A DNA stretch of 64,000 bases. Origin: Hemiscyllium ocellatum (Eukaryota). The notes beneath the pieces were generated by a model that was given only the letters and a program-made list of their open reading frames with translations, made no database searches and was not told where the DNA came from. This document shows positions 36,101 through 48,423 of the stretch, piece by piece (the stretch's first letter is position 1; each line of letters opens with the position of its first letter). The stretch spans positions 19,302,341 through 19,366,340 of the forward strand of contig NC_083409.1 in the NCBI RefSeq assembly GCF_020745735.1, given 5' to 3'. A program made the position numbers and the translations under genes.

Positions 36101-38330
36101 ACCGGCAAATCATCCCACAAGAAGCTCAGTTCCTGCTCTGATCAGGAGCAACCCATTCGGTTTATAGAGGTCACATCTCCCACAGAGTCATTCCCATGTC
36201 ACAACTATCTAAAGCCCTCCCTCCTCGACCATCTTTCCAGCCTCACAGACACCTCGCCTTATCCTCCTGTTTCTTTCCTTACTTGCAATGGTCATTGGGA
36301 GTAATCTGAAGATTCCTATTTTTGAGCTCCTGTTGTTAATTCCCTCCTGAGCTACCTAAATTCTGTCACTGGGACCAATGTAGATCATGAGTGCTGCCTG
36401 TTCCCTCTATCCCCTCAGGGTGCTCTGCAGCCTCTCAGTGACATCCTTGACCCTGGCCCAGGGAGACAACACACCATCCTGGATTCCCATCTGCAGCTGC
36501 AGGAACACCTATCGATTGCCCTCACTCATGAATCTCCTCTCACTCTTGCTCTTCCAGTCTTCTTTGTGTCCCCCTGAACCAACAATGCCCTCAGTTCCTT
36601 TTCCCAGATCGTTAATATATAATTAATTGTTACATGAATAGCTGAGGTCCCAACACTGCCCCCTGCTGAACTGCATGAGGCACCAGCTGTCATCCTGCAA
36701 AAGATCCATTCATTTCCACTCTCTATCCATGCCATTACCAGGCCCCAAACCCTATGGGCTCTTATGTTATTTAGCAGCCTCGTGTGTGGAAACCTGTCAA
36801 AGGTCTTCTGGAAATTGAAATAGATCATGTCCTTTGTCTAACTTGCTCATTATCTCCTCTTATTACATCGAATTCCAGCTTCTCCCTCTCGAACTGCAGG
36901 GTGAATTCTATCACATTATAGTCACTGCCCCCTCAGGGTTCATTCACCTTCAGCTCCCCAATCAGAGCTGCCTCATTACACATCACCGAATCCGGAATTG
37001 CCTGTTTCCTAGCGAGTCTACCATAAGCTGATCCAAAAATGCCTGTTGCAGTCAGTCCATGAATTCCTTTCCTTGAGATCCATTCCCAACCTAACGTTCC
37101 CAGACCACCTGCATATTGCAGTCCCCATGCCTATTGTAGTAATCCCTTTCTTATATGCCTTTTCTATCTCCTGATTTATTTTCTGACCCACATCCCGACT
37201 ACTGCGAGGAGGCTTGTATATAACTCCCATCAGGGTCTTTCTTCCTTTGTAGTTTCTTAAGTTGACTCACACAGATTCTATGCAGTCCAACTCAAAATTT
37301 CCTCATGCTGTTGACTTAATTTTATTTCCAAGTGACAGGGTAATCTCTCGCATGGGACCTTGTCAAAAATCTTTTGAAAGTCCAAATACACACTGTCCAC
37401 TGAGATCTGAGGAAGGGTCAATCAATCTGAAAAGCTAACTTCAGTTTCTCTCCACAGATGCTGCCAGACCGGCTGAACGAATTCATCATTTTTTGTTTTT
37501 GTTGTCCACTGATTCAGCCTTGTCCACTCTCTACTGATCACATCCTCAAAACCTTCCATGAGATGTGTCAGGCCTGATTTCCCTTTTGTAAATCCATGCT
37601 GACTTGGTCCGATCCTGTCACTGCTTTCCAAATGCTCAGTTACTGTATCTTTAATAACTGACTCCAGTGTTTTCCTCATGTTATTCCTCATTTTCACTCT
37701 CCTTCCTTTTATTAAAAAGTGGGATTACACTGGATACTGCCCAGTCCACTGGAACTCTGTCAGAGTCTACAGAATGCTGGAAAATGATCACCAATGTGTC
37801 CACTATTTCTACATCCACTTTCTTAAGGACTCTGGGATGTAGAGCATCAGGCCCTGGGGAGTTACCAAGTTTTGATACCATCAATCTCCCCAAGATCATT
37901 TCCTGACTAACAAGCATTACCTTCATTACCTCCTTCACACTTGACCCTCTAACCCCTTGCATTTCCTTTCAATAGATGTGCATCCTTGGATATTTAGTTC
38001 CCAGCCCTGATCCCCTTGCAGCCACGTCCCTGCGCTACAGGCTCATTTACCTTGTTTCATATACTCGATGCATCGAAGTTCAACACCTTCAGTCATGCAT
38101 TGACTGCCTCTTTCTCATAGTTATCTCTGTTAGAATTCATAGAAACCATACAGTGTGGAAGCAGGCCATTCAGCCCAGACTGACCCTCCAAATAGCATCC
38201 CACCCACCCTCTCCTTCCCATAGATAACCCTCCTAGCCTACACATCTTTGTGGCAATGGGAGGAAACCCAAGTAGACACGGGGAGAATGTGTAAAAATCC
38301 CTGTCCTTTTATGAGGTTTGTTTGGTCTTG
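33110..38330 (-). mobile_element. CR1 mosaic filling most of the J-C intron, plus a partial SINE (38120-38300)
   Basis: YRPVSL, VDFSKAFDKV, GV.KGLVLGP, SPGPDALHPRVLK and GHLGKSDH motifs on - strand. Confidence 0.88.
37400..37505 (+). mobile_element. Short PLE-derived element with degenerate hammerhead in the J-C intron
   Basis: CTGAGGA-A-GGGTCAATCAATCT-GAAAAGCTAAC followed by the cagatgctgccagacc tail shared with 27540-27620. Confidence 0.62.
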
Positions 38331-38428
38331 GCCACAAATATTCAAATGGATTGCTTTACCAGTTCATGTTCAGGGAGTTGAAATCAGTTTGAATGGCAGG
38401 GCTTAAAATTGTTTCTCTTGCCTTTCAG

Positions 38429-38757
38429 GTGGTCAAAACTCTCAGCCAAAGCTGACCTTGCTGCCCCCCTCCCCGGAGCAGGTCAATGCCAAGGGCACTG
38501 CCACCCTGGTGTGCCTTGCCAATCACTTCTATCCTGATGAGCTGGAGGTGCAGTGGAAGAAGGACGGTGCAGTCATTTCAGACGGGGTTCAGACCAGCAA
38601 CTACCTGCGAGCTTCGGACAGCACCTACAGTGTCAGCAGCCTGCTGACCCTCTCTGGGTCTGACTGGGAGTCCAACGCTCGCTTCTCCTGTGCCCTCACC
38701 CACGTGACCCTCCCCTCTCCCCTCAGCAAGAGCATCAGGAGATCAGAATGTGTGTAG
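38429..38757 (+). CDS. IGKC: Ig kappa-class constant exon
   Basis: Acceptor cctttcag ends at 38428, in phase with J. Encodes (S)GQNSQPKLTLLPPSPEQVNAKGTATLVCLANHFYP...QWKKDG...YSVSSLLTL...FSCALTH...SECV-stop: a C1-set Ig domain with terminal interchain Cys. Confidence 0.96.
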
Positions 38758-39004
38758 AGTGTTTGAGACAGTCCACAGAGGAGACACAACTTTAAATAGA
38801 ACAGGGCTGAACTGGCAGGGAAAAGCTTATTGTCAGCACTGAATTTCAACTCTTCCTTCTTTGGACTGGCTTGGCGACACTTCTGAGGTTCAAGGGTGAG
38901 GTCAGGTCATTGGGATCACCAAAAACAAGCTTTACTCTGTATCAAACGCCATGCTGACCCATTCTGGGAGTGTTTGTTTGGGGCAGTGATGACTGGTAAT
39001 GCCA

Positions 39005-39010
39005 AATAAA
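39005..39010 (+). terminator. Likely polyadenylation signal of the light-chain mRNA
   Basis: First AATAAA seen after the C stop, ~250 nt downstream. Confidence 0.55.
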
Positions 39011-40739
39011 ACCACTCAAAGATGCTGAAAAGTGCCAGCTGTACAAAAACAATGTGAACCTCAGAAGTCTCTGCTTCAGTAAACCAGATCTCCTTCCTGC
39101 TCAGCCGCCAGTTCCAATTTAAGGTTTTGTCACTGTTTAAAGGGACAGGATTCTCATCTTATTGAGAAAATCTCCACAAGTGTTTTCCTCAAGCTCCAAT
39201 GTGGCTGTGAATTTGTGCAGCTTCCTCTGTCTGGGCTGTTAATTGCAGTCTGTTTTCTGTCAATGTCAATCTGGAAAAGGGAATAAAGATGAAGAAGATT
39301 CAGTTTCTGTTTCGTGTGTGCTTTTGGAATGGCCCGAGCTGAAGCCTCAGGGAAAGGTGTATGAAGTGAAACCCTCCACCCTCAAGATCTGGAACATGAG
39401 GGGGAGAATAGAGAGGGAAATGGGGTCCCGGGAGCAGGAGGGCAATTCTACAGTTAGGGATAGAAGGGGCACTTTCAGCAGGAATGCAGGGCCCTGAGAA
39501 AATCTTCCCCAATAAATGGGGAAAAGAAGGAAGGCAGGAGGGGACACTGGGGAACACAATAATCTGATGGGAATTCACTCACCCATCTTTTAGGCACAGC
39601 AAGATCCCAGGCCAAGAAAAATAACTCAACCATTTGGGAGCCAGTGTCACTGGGAATCATGTTTTGATGAATACGACCAGCACAATCTTGTTACTCAGAA
39701 TAATAATTCCACAGGGTTTGGGAAATAAATATTCCCTAAATTAGACCTGGGTTTTCTTTACTCTTCAAATGAGATGGAATTGCGCCGTGTGTCCCTTGAG
39801 TCAGATTGAGAATATTAAGTCCGGGAGCCATGGCTGGGGAGGACAGTCAATGATAAACTGGTTCCACTTTCTGTAGCCCCTGGACCATCTCAGTGACAAC
39901 CATCCAGGGCTCAGGGTGGATTCCAGAGCAGCTCATTGTCCTGACTTTGTGTTCCTCAGTCCACATGTGGCTCCAGCAATCTCACTCCCTGGCTATAGTA
40001 TCAGTGGGAACCCATGGGGCTGAAATCTTATCCAAACAGACCCTCACACAGCAGGGAGGCTGTTGGTGGCTCAGAAACCCCTTGGATTCAGTCCCAGATT
40101 CCACCGTGGCTCTTTCATTCAAACACAGCATTAGCACACTGACACCACATTCAGAGGGCAATCCTGAGATGGGGCAAGTTTGGTTCTTGACTCCAATGTG
40201 AGGAAATGGGGGCTGGGTGTGAAATGTCTAGTCTGAAACTGGTGGGGGTACTTTATAATGAAGAATAGAAACTTTTGTCAGAATAAAGTCAGGTGTTGAT
40301 GGGAGTGAGGAATATCTCAATGATCTGTCCCCTGAATCCACAGAATATACACATTCCTCTGTCAGACCCTGAAATCTGAGAAACAGTTCCTTGACATCCT
40401 TCACTTCTCCACCTTTCCCAGAAAAGGTGAAATATTCTCTGTCTCAGTGATTCCCTGGAACAGGACATTATAAAACGGGCTGTGGGAAGGGAACTGTTGA
40501 CTCTCAATGACAAAGCCAATGGATGGATGTGGAGCTGGCTCTGTGAAATGTTTGGGCACAGAGGATGACATCAGAAGCAATTCAATGTTGTCCCTCTCAC
40601 CTTTGCAATGTGCTCTCTTGTGTTCGATCCACTTGTCTTTCTTGCTTTGTTTCTTTTGACTTCAGTCTGTGGGGAGTTCCATCAAAGCCCAATCTCCTCA
40701 CACTCATCCTGGCCCCTGAAGAGACTAGAGATGAAAAAG

Positions 40740-41115
40740 CTGGAATCCAAGGATGACAAGCAGTAGGCTGGGAGAACCCAGCAAGCCAGGCAGCATCAGG
40801 AGGTGGAGAAGTCAATGGTTTGGGTGCAACCCTTCTTCAGGAAGTTGAGGGGGGTGTGTGTTGTTTAGGGAGCTGCAGATCAAGGGAGTGCAGAGGAAGA
40901 TAGGTAGAGGGTGCGACCTGATTGGTCAATGGGAAAAATGAATCCGGATTCATCCCTCCCATCGACCAACCAGGTCATATTCTCTACCTTTCTCAATCCA
41001 TCCCCATTTTCCAACACTCCCGCGTTTCCTCTTGTGCCACAGCTCATTCTCCTGAAGGATAGTTGTGCTCGGAGTCAAAAAGTGAGGCGCTGGAAAAGCA
41101 CAGCAGGTCAGGCAG
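40740..41115. mobile_element. PLE-derived fragments with degenerate hammerhead
   Basis: - strand CUGAAGA-A-GGGU-UGC-ACCC at 40840-40821. 40960-41000 resembles 63180-63230. Confidence 0.55.
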
Positions 41116-41699
41116 TTGTGCTCAGGCCGAGAACATGACCTTGTCCCTCTGTCAGATCCTCTTCGAGAATCTCATGGCTCACCACCGTACACTCCAGAAC
41201 AATTAGGGAAGGGCAACAGCCAAGGATAGAGGTGAGGACGCGAAGACTCGAGGGCTGTTCTCTGCAGTTTTGGAGCACACCTTGACAGTCGTTTATTAGA
41301 TCTTTGAGTATAATTCATTTGTTGCTGATCCCATTGTCAATCCACAGGCCACTCCGCCTTTCAATCTGACAAACCAGGGTCACCCATGCCATGGCTCTGT
41401 TTCTGGCCAAGTCTCCAGTCCTTCAAATAGATGAATTCAAACCTCACCAGTTTGATCATTTGAATTGTATGCCATTTATTTTTATTTCTCCTGGGATGGG
41501 GCAGGCGTTGACATGTTGGTTATTTGTTGTAGTTTCCTAATTGTTCTGGAGAGGGCGGTGGTGACCCATGTTATACTTGGAAGCAAATGACAGGTCATTC
41601 CCACTGAAATCTACTGCAGTGACTGCGGATTTATTCATGGCTAATGGATTGAGTCATTACCCATTATCCTCAGTTGCATTGCAAGTACTCTATAGTTGC

Positions 41700-42000
41700 T
41701 AGAAGGCAGCACGTTAGCACAGTCGTTAGCACTGCTGCCTCACAGCTCCAGAGACCCGGGTTTAATTCCGGCGACTGACTGTGTGGAGTTTGCACATTCT
41801 CCCTGTGTCTGCATGGGTTTCCTCCAGGTGCCCTGGTTTCCTCCCACAATCCAACAATGTGCAGGTTAGGTGAATGGGCCATGCTAAATTGCCCATAGTA
41901 TTAGGTGTAAGGGAATGTATCTGGGTGGGTGCGCTTCAGCAGGTCAGTGTGGACTTGTTGGGTCGCAGGGCCTGTTTCCATACTGTAAGTAATCTAATCA
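41700..42000 (+). mobile_element. V-SINE
   Basis: Same head, V-domain and tail. Confidence 0.85.
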
Positions 42001-42052
42001 AAATCAGAAGTCACACAACACCAGGTTCTAGCCCAACAGGTTCATTTGAAAT

Positions 42053-42087
42053 CACAAGCTTTCGAAGGGCTGCTCCTTCATCAGGTG
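42053..42087 (-). ncRNA. Minimal type I hammerhead ribozyme, apparently intact (short PLE-derived element ~42000-42090)
   Basis: CAC-CUGAUGA-A-GGAG-CAGCC-CUUC-GAAA-G-CUU-GUG. Stems I and II pair; palindromic AAGCUU stem III. Confidence 0.78.
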
Positions 42088-42171
42088 TACCCCAGCCCCC
42101 CATCGGTATCCCCACATTACTGAACAGTACAAATAAACTGGGAGGATCCAACTGGCTCCATCTGTAGAAAT

Positions 42172-42205
<34 letters not shown>

Positions 42206-42699
42206 TACAGCTCTTGGACCAGGATGCTTATGGCACCACAATGAAAATGCCCTGCATGATATGATATATCAAAAAAGAAGCACTTTGGTGTGACTTTTGA
42301 TTGTCTTTCACAGTATGCTGTTTTGTTCATTTTGTGATACATGTAAACTATGTCAATATTGGGTATCACAAAGTTTGTTTCCTCCATTACACACTTTCCA
42401 ACACACCCTCTCCATCTTGCTTTATTCCTTATTGACTCTTCGACAATTGTACCGGTCCCAGAGGGATTGATGGCCGGAGTTCATGACCCCGCACTGTGTG
42501 AAGGTTGGTGTGAAGTGAGGCCAGTGTGTTGGAGCTTGGGCTCCTGCCTCAGGCCCAGGTGTAGGGGCCTGTTCAACAATCTGCACTTTGTCTTTTTTCT
42601 CTTTCTGACCGTACTGGATCAAGTTGCAGTAACGAGTTGGAAACAAGGCGTCTTGTCTAAAATGTTCCCTGCATTGGATACAAAACTGGCTGAGTCAGA

Positions 42700-44430
42700 G
42701 GAGACAGGGGGCAGTGATAGGAGAATGGAGAGCTCTGAATAGTGATGTTCCACAGGGATCAGTGGTGAGAACTCTGCTGTTCATAATCTCCATAAATGAT
42801 TTGGAGGAAAGCGTAGCTGGTCTAATTAGTAAGTTTACAGTTGGTACAAAGATTGATAGAGTTGCAGATAAAGAGAAGGATTGTCAGACGATACAGCAGA
42901 ATATAGATCAGTTGGATGCTTGGACAGAAAATGGCAGATGTTGTTTATTCCAGACAAATGTAAGGTGATGCATTTTGAAAGGTGATGTACAGGTGGGAAT
43001 TATACAGTGAATGGTAGGATCCTTTGGAGTATTGATCTGGGTGTGCAACAAGCATCAAGGCATGGCTTGGCTGGTTGTGAGAAGGGCTCTGCCTGTGAGA
43101 TCCTTTATGCACGCCTGGACTCTCAGCTACACCGCTCGGTATCCTTAAAGTGGCTGCGGGGTGGACGAGACTGTCACACACCTCCTTCTGAAATGTGCCT
43201 ATGCAGAAGAAGTCTGGAGAGGAATGCAGTGGTGTTTGTCGAGGTTTGTCCCAAACAGTGCTGTGATGGGGGACTCCGTGCTCCCGTTCCCTGGGACGCA
43301 CACCGTGACAAACATCAACTGTTCATGGAGCATCATCAACTCAGTGAAGGACGTTCTCTGGGCGGTCCGAAACCTGTTGATCTTCCAGCTGAAGGAGTTA
43401 ACCCCAACTGAGTGTTTTAGACTGGCACATTCCAAGGCCCAGGACTACGTGTTGAGGGATGCGCTGAAGCTTGGGGCAGCTGCCGTCAAGGTGCGGTGGG
43501 GAAAGACCACCGTGTAACATCTGCCCGCCTAAGCACAGGGGGCCGATGCAGTAAGGGGGCTCCACTGACCCCCCCCCCACAGCTAAATATGTGGATAATA
43601 ATCGTACAGACCTGTACTCTGTCCCTGTATGCAAAGAAATGGAATGTTTATGGATGTATGGCATGACCAATTGTACAGATCATCAAAATATTTTATGAAT
43701 AATGGATATTGTTGAAATAAAAAAAATTCTGGGTGTGCATATTCACAGATCACTGAAGGTGCCAGCACAGGGAGGTAAGGCAGTAAAAAAAGGCTTATGG
43801 CCTGCCTGCCTTCATTGGAAGGGGCATTGAGTAGAAGGATAGACACGTTATGCTGCAGCTTTATCGAACTTTAGTTCGACCACACTTGGAATTTTGCATT
43901 CAGTTCTGGTCACCACACTGCCAGAAGGATGTGGATGTTTTGAAGATGGTGCAGAAAACGTTTACCAGGATATTGTCTGGTATGGGGGGGATTGTGCTTC
44001 TGAAGAAAGGTTGGATAGACTGGGTTTGTTTTCACTGCAATGCGGGAAAATGAAGCGTGACCTGATAGAAGTTTATAAAGTTGTGAATGAGATAGGTAGG
44101 GTGGAAATTATTAGGCATTTCCCCAGGGTGGAGGCGTCAATTACTGGGGAAGAGAGGTTCAAGATGCGGGGTGGAGAGGGAATTTAAAAGAGATGTACGA
44201 GGCACGTATTTCACACAAAGTGAGTTGAATATCTGGAACACACTGCCAGAGGAGGGAGTGGAAGCAGACACAATAGAAGTATTCAAGAAATACCTGCACT
44301 AATGCATGAATAGGAAGGGAATAGAGGGATACAAATCCTGTCGGTGAAGACAGTTTCAGTGAGGAAAGGCAAAATGTGTCAGCACAGGCTTGGAGGGCTG
44401 AAGGGCCTGTTCCTGTGCTGTATTGTTCCT
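42700..44430 (+). mobile_element. CR1 LINE 3' portion (host of the Tx1 insertion)
   Basis: SDVPQGSV and LYRTLVRPHLEFCIQFWSP; TTGTTC tail. Confidence 0.88.
43048..43727 (+). mobile_element. 5'-truncated Tx1-like (L1 clade) LINE 3' end
   Basis: C..GG..ETV.HLLLKC zinc-knuckle tail ending RWGKTTV-stop (43517); AATAAA and A-tail at ~43716-43726; 12-bp TSD TCTGGGTGTGCA (43036-43047 and 43728-43739). Confidence 0.85.
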
Positions 44431-45681
44431 TGTTCTTCGGTCCCTGCTGTTGAATTAGATTCTCGGGAGCCAGCTCCGTACGAAGAGCCTGTTCTCATTC
44501 TTTTGTTGGAGTTCATGGGGCAGCTACTGCTTCCTTGCTACGTCACTGATCAAACCAACAAAGGGGAAAGCCTCTTGATATTTTAAATATACTGTCTGCA
44601 GGAAAATGTTTGGATGAGGTTTTAATATTGTTTCATAAGACAAAGATGTAAATACACCAGTTTGTTTACGGCTGGGAACATTTAACATCATGGTCCTTGT
44701 TTCAATGGACCCTCACTCATGGTAATACATTTTACAATGTTTCTCTCCCCTTATGTGTTACGAGAGGTTTGCAAATGTGTTTTGATGAGGACAGTGCATC
44801 ATCAACACCGTGTGACGGAGTGGGTGGCTGTTTGAATTCTCACTTGTGATAATACAGTTTTAAATGTGTCAGTGTGCCTTTCCCCACTCTCTGGGAGGGT
44901 GTCGCTGTCACTGACTCCACCCCACCCTTCACTCTCGTGGTGATACCATTTTTAGCATCCTTTCTGTCGGAGAATGTCCCTATTCTTGTCCCCTCTCTCT
45001 CAGGGATGGGGTCGGTGTTTCACATGAACCTGGTTTGTTAGTTCCACTTACTCTCTTGTGAAATGGGTAATCTCTGTTTTACTCTGGTAACAGTGAGTTA
45101 AAGCCTGGCTCAGTTCACCCTTCCTCTCCATCATATCTCAGGGCCTAAGGTTGGTCAGTACTGTCTGGCTCCAGAACAATCCCACCCCTTCTCACAGTTT
45201 TCCCTCTTTCCTATCTTTACTTTGTCCCAGGAATCCACAGTCACGCCCAGTCTCTGTTGGAGCCATAACATTAGATTTCCACTTGGCAATCTGTGTCTAT
45301 AACTCCTCAATCTTATTGACCCATTTAAGCCTGTCTCACATTAATCAGGGTCCCGATATGGCAAAGACTGTATTTAAATAATCTCAGTGACTGTGGAGAC
45401 CTGGTGAGATTGGGAAAAATCAGAAGGATCAGTCACATCATTTGTATTATGTACAGGGCCCGAGACACAACAACCGGTACCCGGGACTCCAGGGGCCCGT
45501 TGTGCTCGGTTCTGGGACTGAGGAGCAAGAGTGCGGCCTGTAATCTCTGATCGCTGTCCCTGATTTGTGGGTCCTCTCTGATGGAGACCATTGTCAAACC
45601 CATTGTCAAGATCGCACCTCTTGGCCTGGAGAAGCAAGAACATGCAGTGCTTGTGGGAATAACGCGAAAGTGATCAGAGGA

Positions 45682-45770
45682 CAAGGTCAAAAATCATATG
45701 ACACCAGGTTATAGTGCAACAGGTTTATTAGAAAACACAATCTTTCGGAGCCTCTCCCCCTCTTCAGGTG
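45682..45770 (-). mobile_element. ~90-bp hammerhead-bearing insertion with TSD
   Basis: GTGATCAGAGGA at 45670-45681 and 45768-45779. On - strand: CAC-CUGAAGA-G-GGGG-AGAGG-CUCC-GAAA-G-AUU-GUG (stem III mismatch). Same family as 42000-42090. Confidence 0.72.
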
Positions 45771-46314
45771 ATCAGAGGAGCAAGCAAGCAAGGTGAATTT
45801 AATCAACAGTGAAAACAAACTCTGCTGTTCATTTCCTTCTCGGTTGACTCTGTTCTCCTAAATGACATGAACAAGAGACAAGGCAAGAATAAAGAATATA
45901 AGGACACCACCAGTGACGGCCTGAAATTCATAAGAACTCTCATCCAGCACTTTGATGAAAAGAAAGAGTGTGTGAACAAAACTTGGTGGCAATATTTTTC
46001 TGCTTATTAATTTTTAAAAATCAATTCAAAGCAGAAAGAGTCTTTTTTCTCCTTCCCGCCTTGAAACTCTTACTGAGATGATCAAACCCAACAGTTCATG
46101 TGACGGGTTGAGGGGTTGTCCAATGATCGAGGAAGGGACTGGGTCAGGATTCCCTGGAAATTAGCAGGTTGGGAGGAGATTTCACAGAAACATTTTAAAT
46201 TCTCCAAGGCCTTGACAGGGTATATTTTGGAAGGATGTGCCCCTACTTGGGGATTCTAAAGCAGAGTCACAGTCTGGGAATAAGGGGTAAGACATTTAGG
46301 TCAGAGATGAGGAA

Positions 46315-47970
46315 TGGGTGGCACAGTGGCTAGCACGTCTGCCCTACAGTACTATGGACCTGGGTTCAAGTCCACCCTGGGGTGATTGTGTAGAGTTTGC
46401 TTATTCTCCCCATGTCTGTGTGGGTTTCCTCCAGTTTCCCATTCTCAGTCCAAAGATGTGCAGCTTAGGTGCTATGAGTAGTGTAGGGTTGCAGCAATAG
46501 GAGAGGGGAATGCACCTTGGACTTGATGGTCTTCTTCCACACAGTAGGAATTCTATGATTCAACATTGCTGCGGGTCTTCAGTCATGTGTCAGTCGGTAT
46601 GGGCAAGGACAGCAATCTAAAGGACATTGTTGGGACCAATGGGGTTTGCCCCTAACAATGGCCATTAATACACTCTTAATTTCAGAGTTTTTTTTAATTT
46701 AAATGCCTTGCCAGAATTTTATCCCAGGTCCCCCAGAACATGACTTGGCTCTCTGGATTAACAATCTCGTGATGATACCACTAGGCCATTGCCTCCTGAC
46801 ATTTATTCAAATGACTAAGTATCAACAACTCTCTGGGAAAGACTCAAAATCATCTGAGTGAAGAAATTCATAGAACCCCAATAATGTGGAAACAGGCCAT
46901 TCAGCATATACTGCCTCTCCAAAGAGCATCCCACCCAAACCAAATCTCCTATAACCTTGCATTTCCCATGGCTAATCCATCTAACTCACACATGTTTGGA
47001 CTGTGGGAGGAAATCAGATCACCTGGATGGAACCCAGGCAGACACAAGGAGAATGTGCATACTCCACACAGCCGGAGGGTGGAATCAAACCCCGGTCCCT
47101 GCGCTTTGGGGTAGCAGCATGAGCCACAGTGCCATCCCATTTGATTCTGAGCAATAAATGCTGGCATACCAAGTGATGACCAATCCTTGAAATGAATTAA
47201 GAAAAGATCAGTTAAGTTCTGGATTGGACTGTGATGGGTTTCTCCCCACTTGCCTGGATGGGTACAGCTCCAAAAACAGTCAAGAAGCTTGATATCATCC
47301 AGTCCAAAGCAGCCTGTTTGATTGGCACCACATCTACAAACATTCACTCCCTCCACCACCGATACTCAGTAGCAGCCATGTGCACCATCTACAAGATATT
47401 CACCAAGTCTCCTGAGCCAGCACCTTCCCAAGCCACGGCCATTTACATCTAGAAGGACAAGAACAGCAGATACACAGAACACTACCACCTACAAGTTCCC
47501 TCCAATCTACGTAGCATCCTGATTGAAAATATATTACTGTTCCTTCAGTGTTGCTGGAATTCCCTCCCTTAGGGTATTGTGGGTTTATCTGCAGCACATG
47601 GACTGCAGTGGTTCAAGAAGGCAGCTCAGCACCACCTTGCAAAGGGCAGAATTGTGGTTCAGTGGTTAGGTGCCTGATGCTATGATATAGCAGCACTGAG
47701 TTCAATTCCACCTTGGGAAGACTGAATGTGTGTGTTTGCACATTTTCCCCATGTCTGAGTGAGTTTCCTCCATACAGTCAATAGATGTGTAGGTTAAGTA
47801 GATTAGCCATGCTAAATTACATGTAGTGTCCAGGGAAGTGCAGGCTTGGTGGGTTAGCCATGGGAAATGCAGCATTACAGGGATGGGGTTGGTCCAGATG
47901 GGATGCTCTTTGGTGGGTTGGTGTGAACTTGATGGGCTGAATGGCCTGCTTTCACACTGTATAATGATTC
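46315..47970. mobile_element. Cluster of older SINEs (46315-46560 +, 46590-46797 -, 46880-47130 -, 47655-47970 +) and a LINE 3' end (47215-47650 +)
   Basis: Degenerate tRNA-like heads and V-domains. KLDIIQSKAACLIG-type LINE RT C-terminus. Confidence 0.65.
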
Positions 47971-48260
47971 CATGATTCTCAAGAGCAACTAGGAATGTGT
48001 AATAAATGCTGGCCCACACAGCAATACTCATGTCCTCAGTGTGAGTTTAAAACAAAAAGACCACCTACACTGCTTACTATTCCATCAGTCTTTGTCAATG
48101 TGGAACTATGATTCTCATTAATACATACATTAAGTAGTTAAGGCCTCAGCACAGAATCCTTGTGGAACATCACTCGTCACTTTCTTTCTCTGTTGTCTGT
48201 CACTTAATCAGCCTCTGAACCAAGTCAAACATTCATCTTCAATCCCATGGATTTTAACTT

Positions 48261-48423
48261 GTGCGACGGCGTGCGGAGGAGCTGCTGGAGTGGAAGCGGC
48301 GGCTCGATGCCGAGGAAGCTGCGATCCAGCAAATGGAAGAACAGGCTCAGGCTGCTTTGGAAAAGCAGCTCAAACCAAACATGGTAAAGAGAGAGGCAAG
48401 CAAGAAGATTCCCGAATTGAACG
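48261..48423 (+). pseudogene. cep350: cep350-like exon A (5' end lost)
   Basis: RRRAEELLEWKRRLDAEEAAIQQMEEQA resembles human CEP350 RRHAEELLEWKRRLDAEEAEIRQMEKQA. GT donor at 48424. No AG acceptor; in-frame TAA at 48255 and a CR1-like fragment abut it. Confidence 0.85.

Noticed and set aside
31489-38757. Lambda or sigma classification of the light chain
   Set aside because: V-12/J-23 RSS polarity, DxxMTQSP FR1 and the C sequence fit kappa/NS4.
38758-48200. KDE/RS-like recombination signal downstream of C
   Set aside because: The CACTGTG at 42492 and similar heptamers lack nonamers at either spacing.
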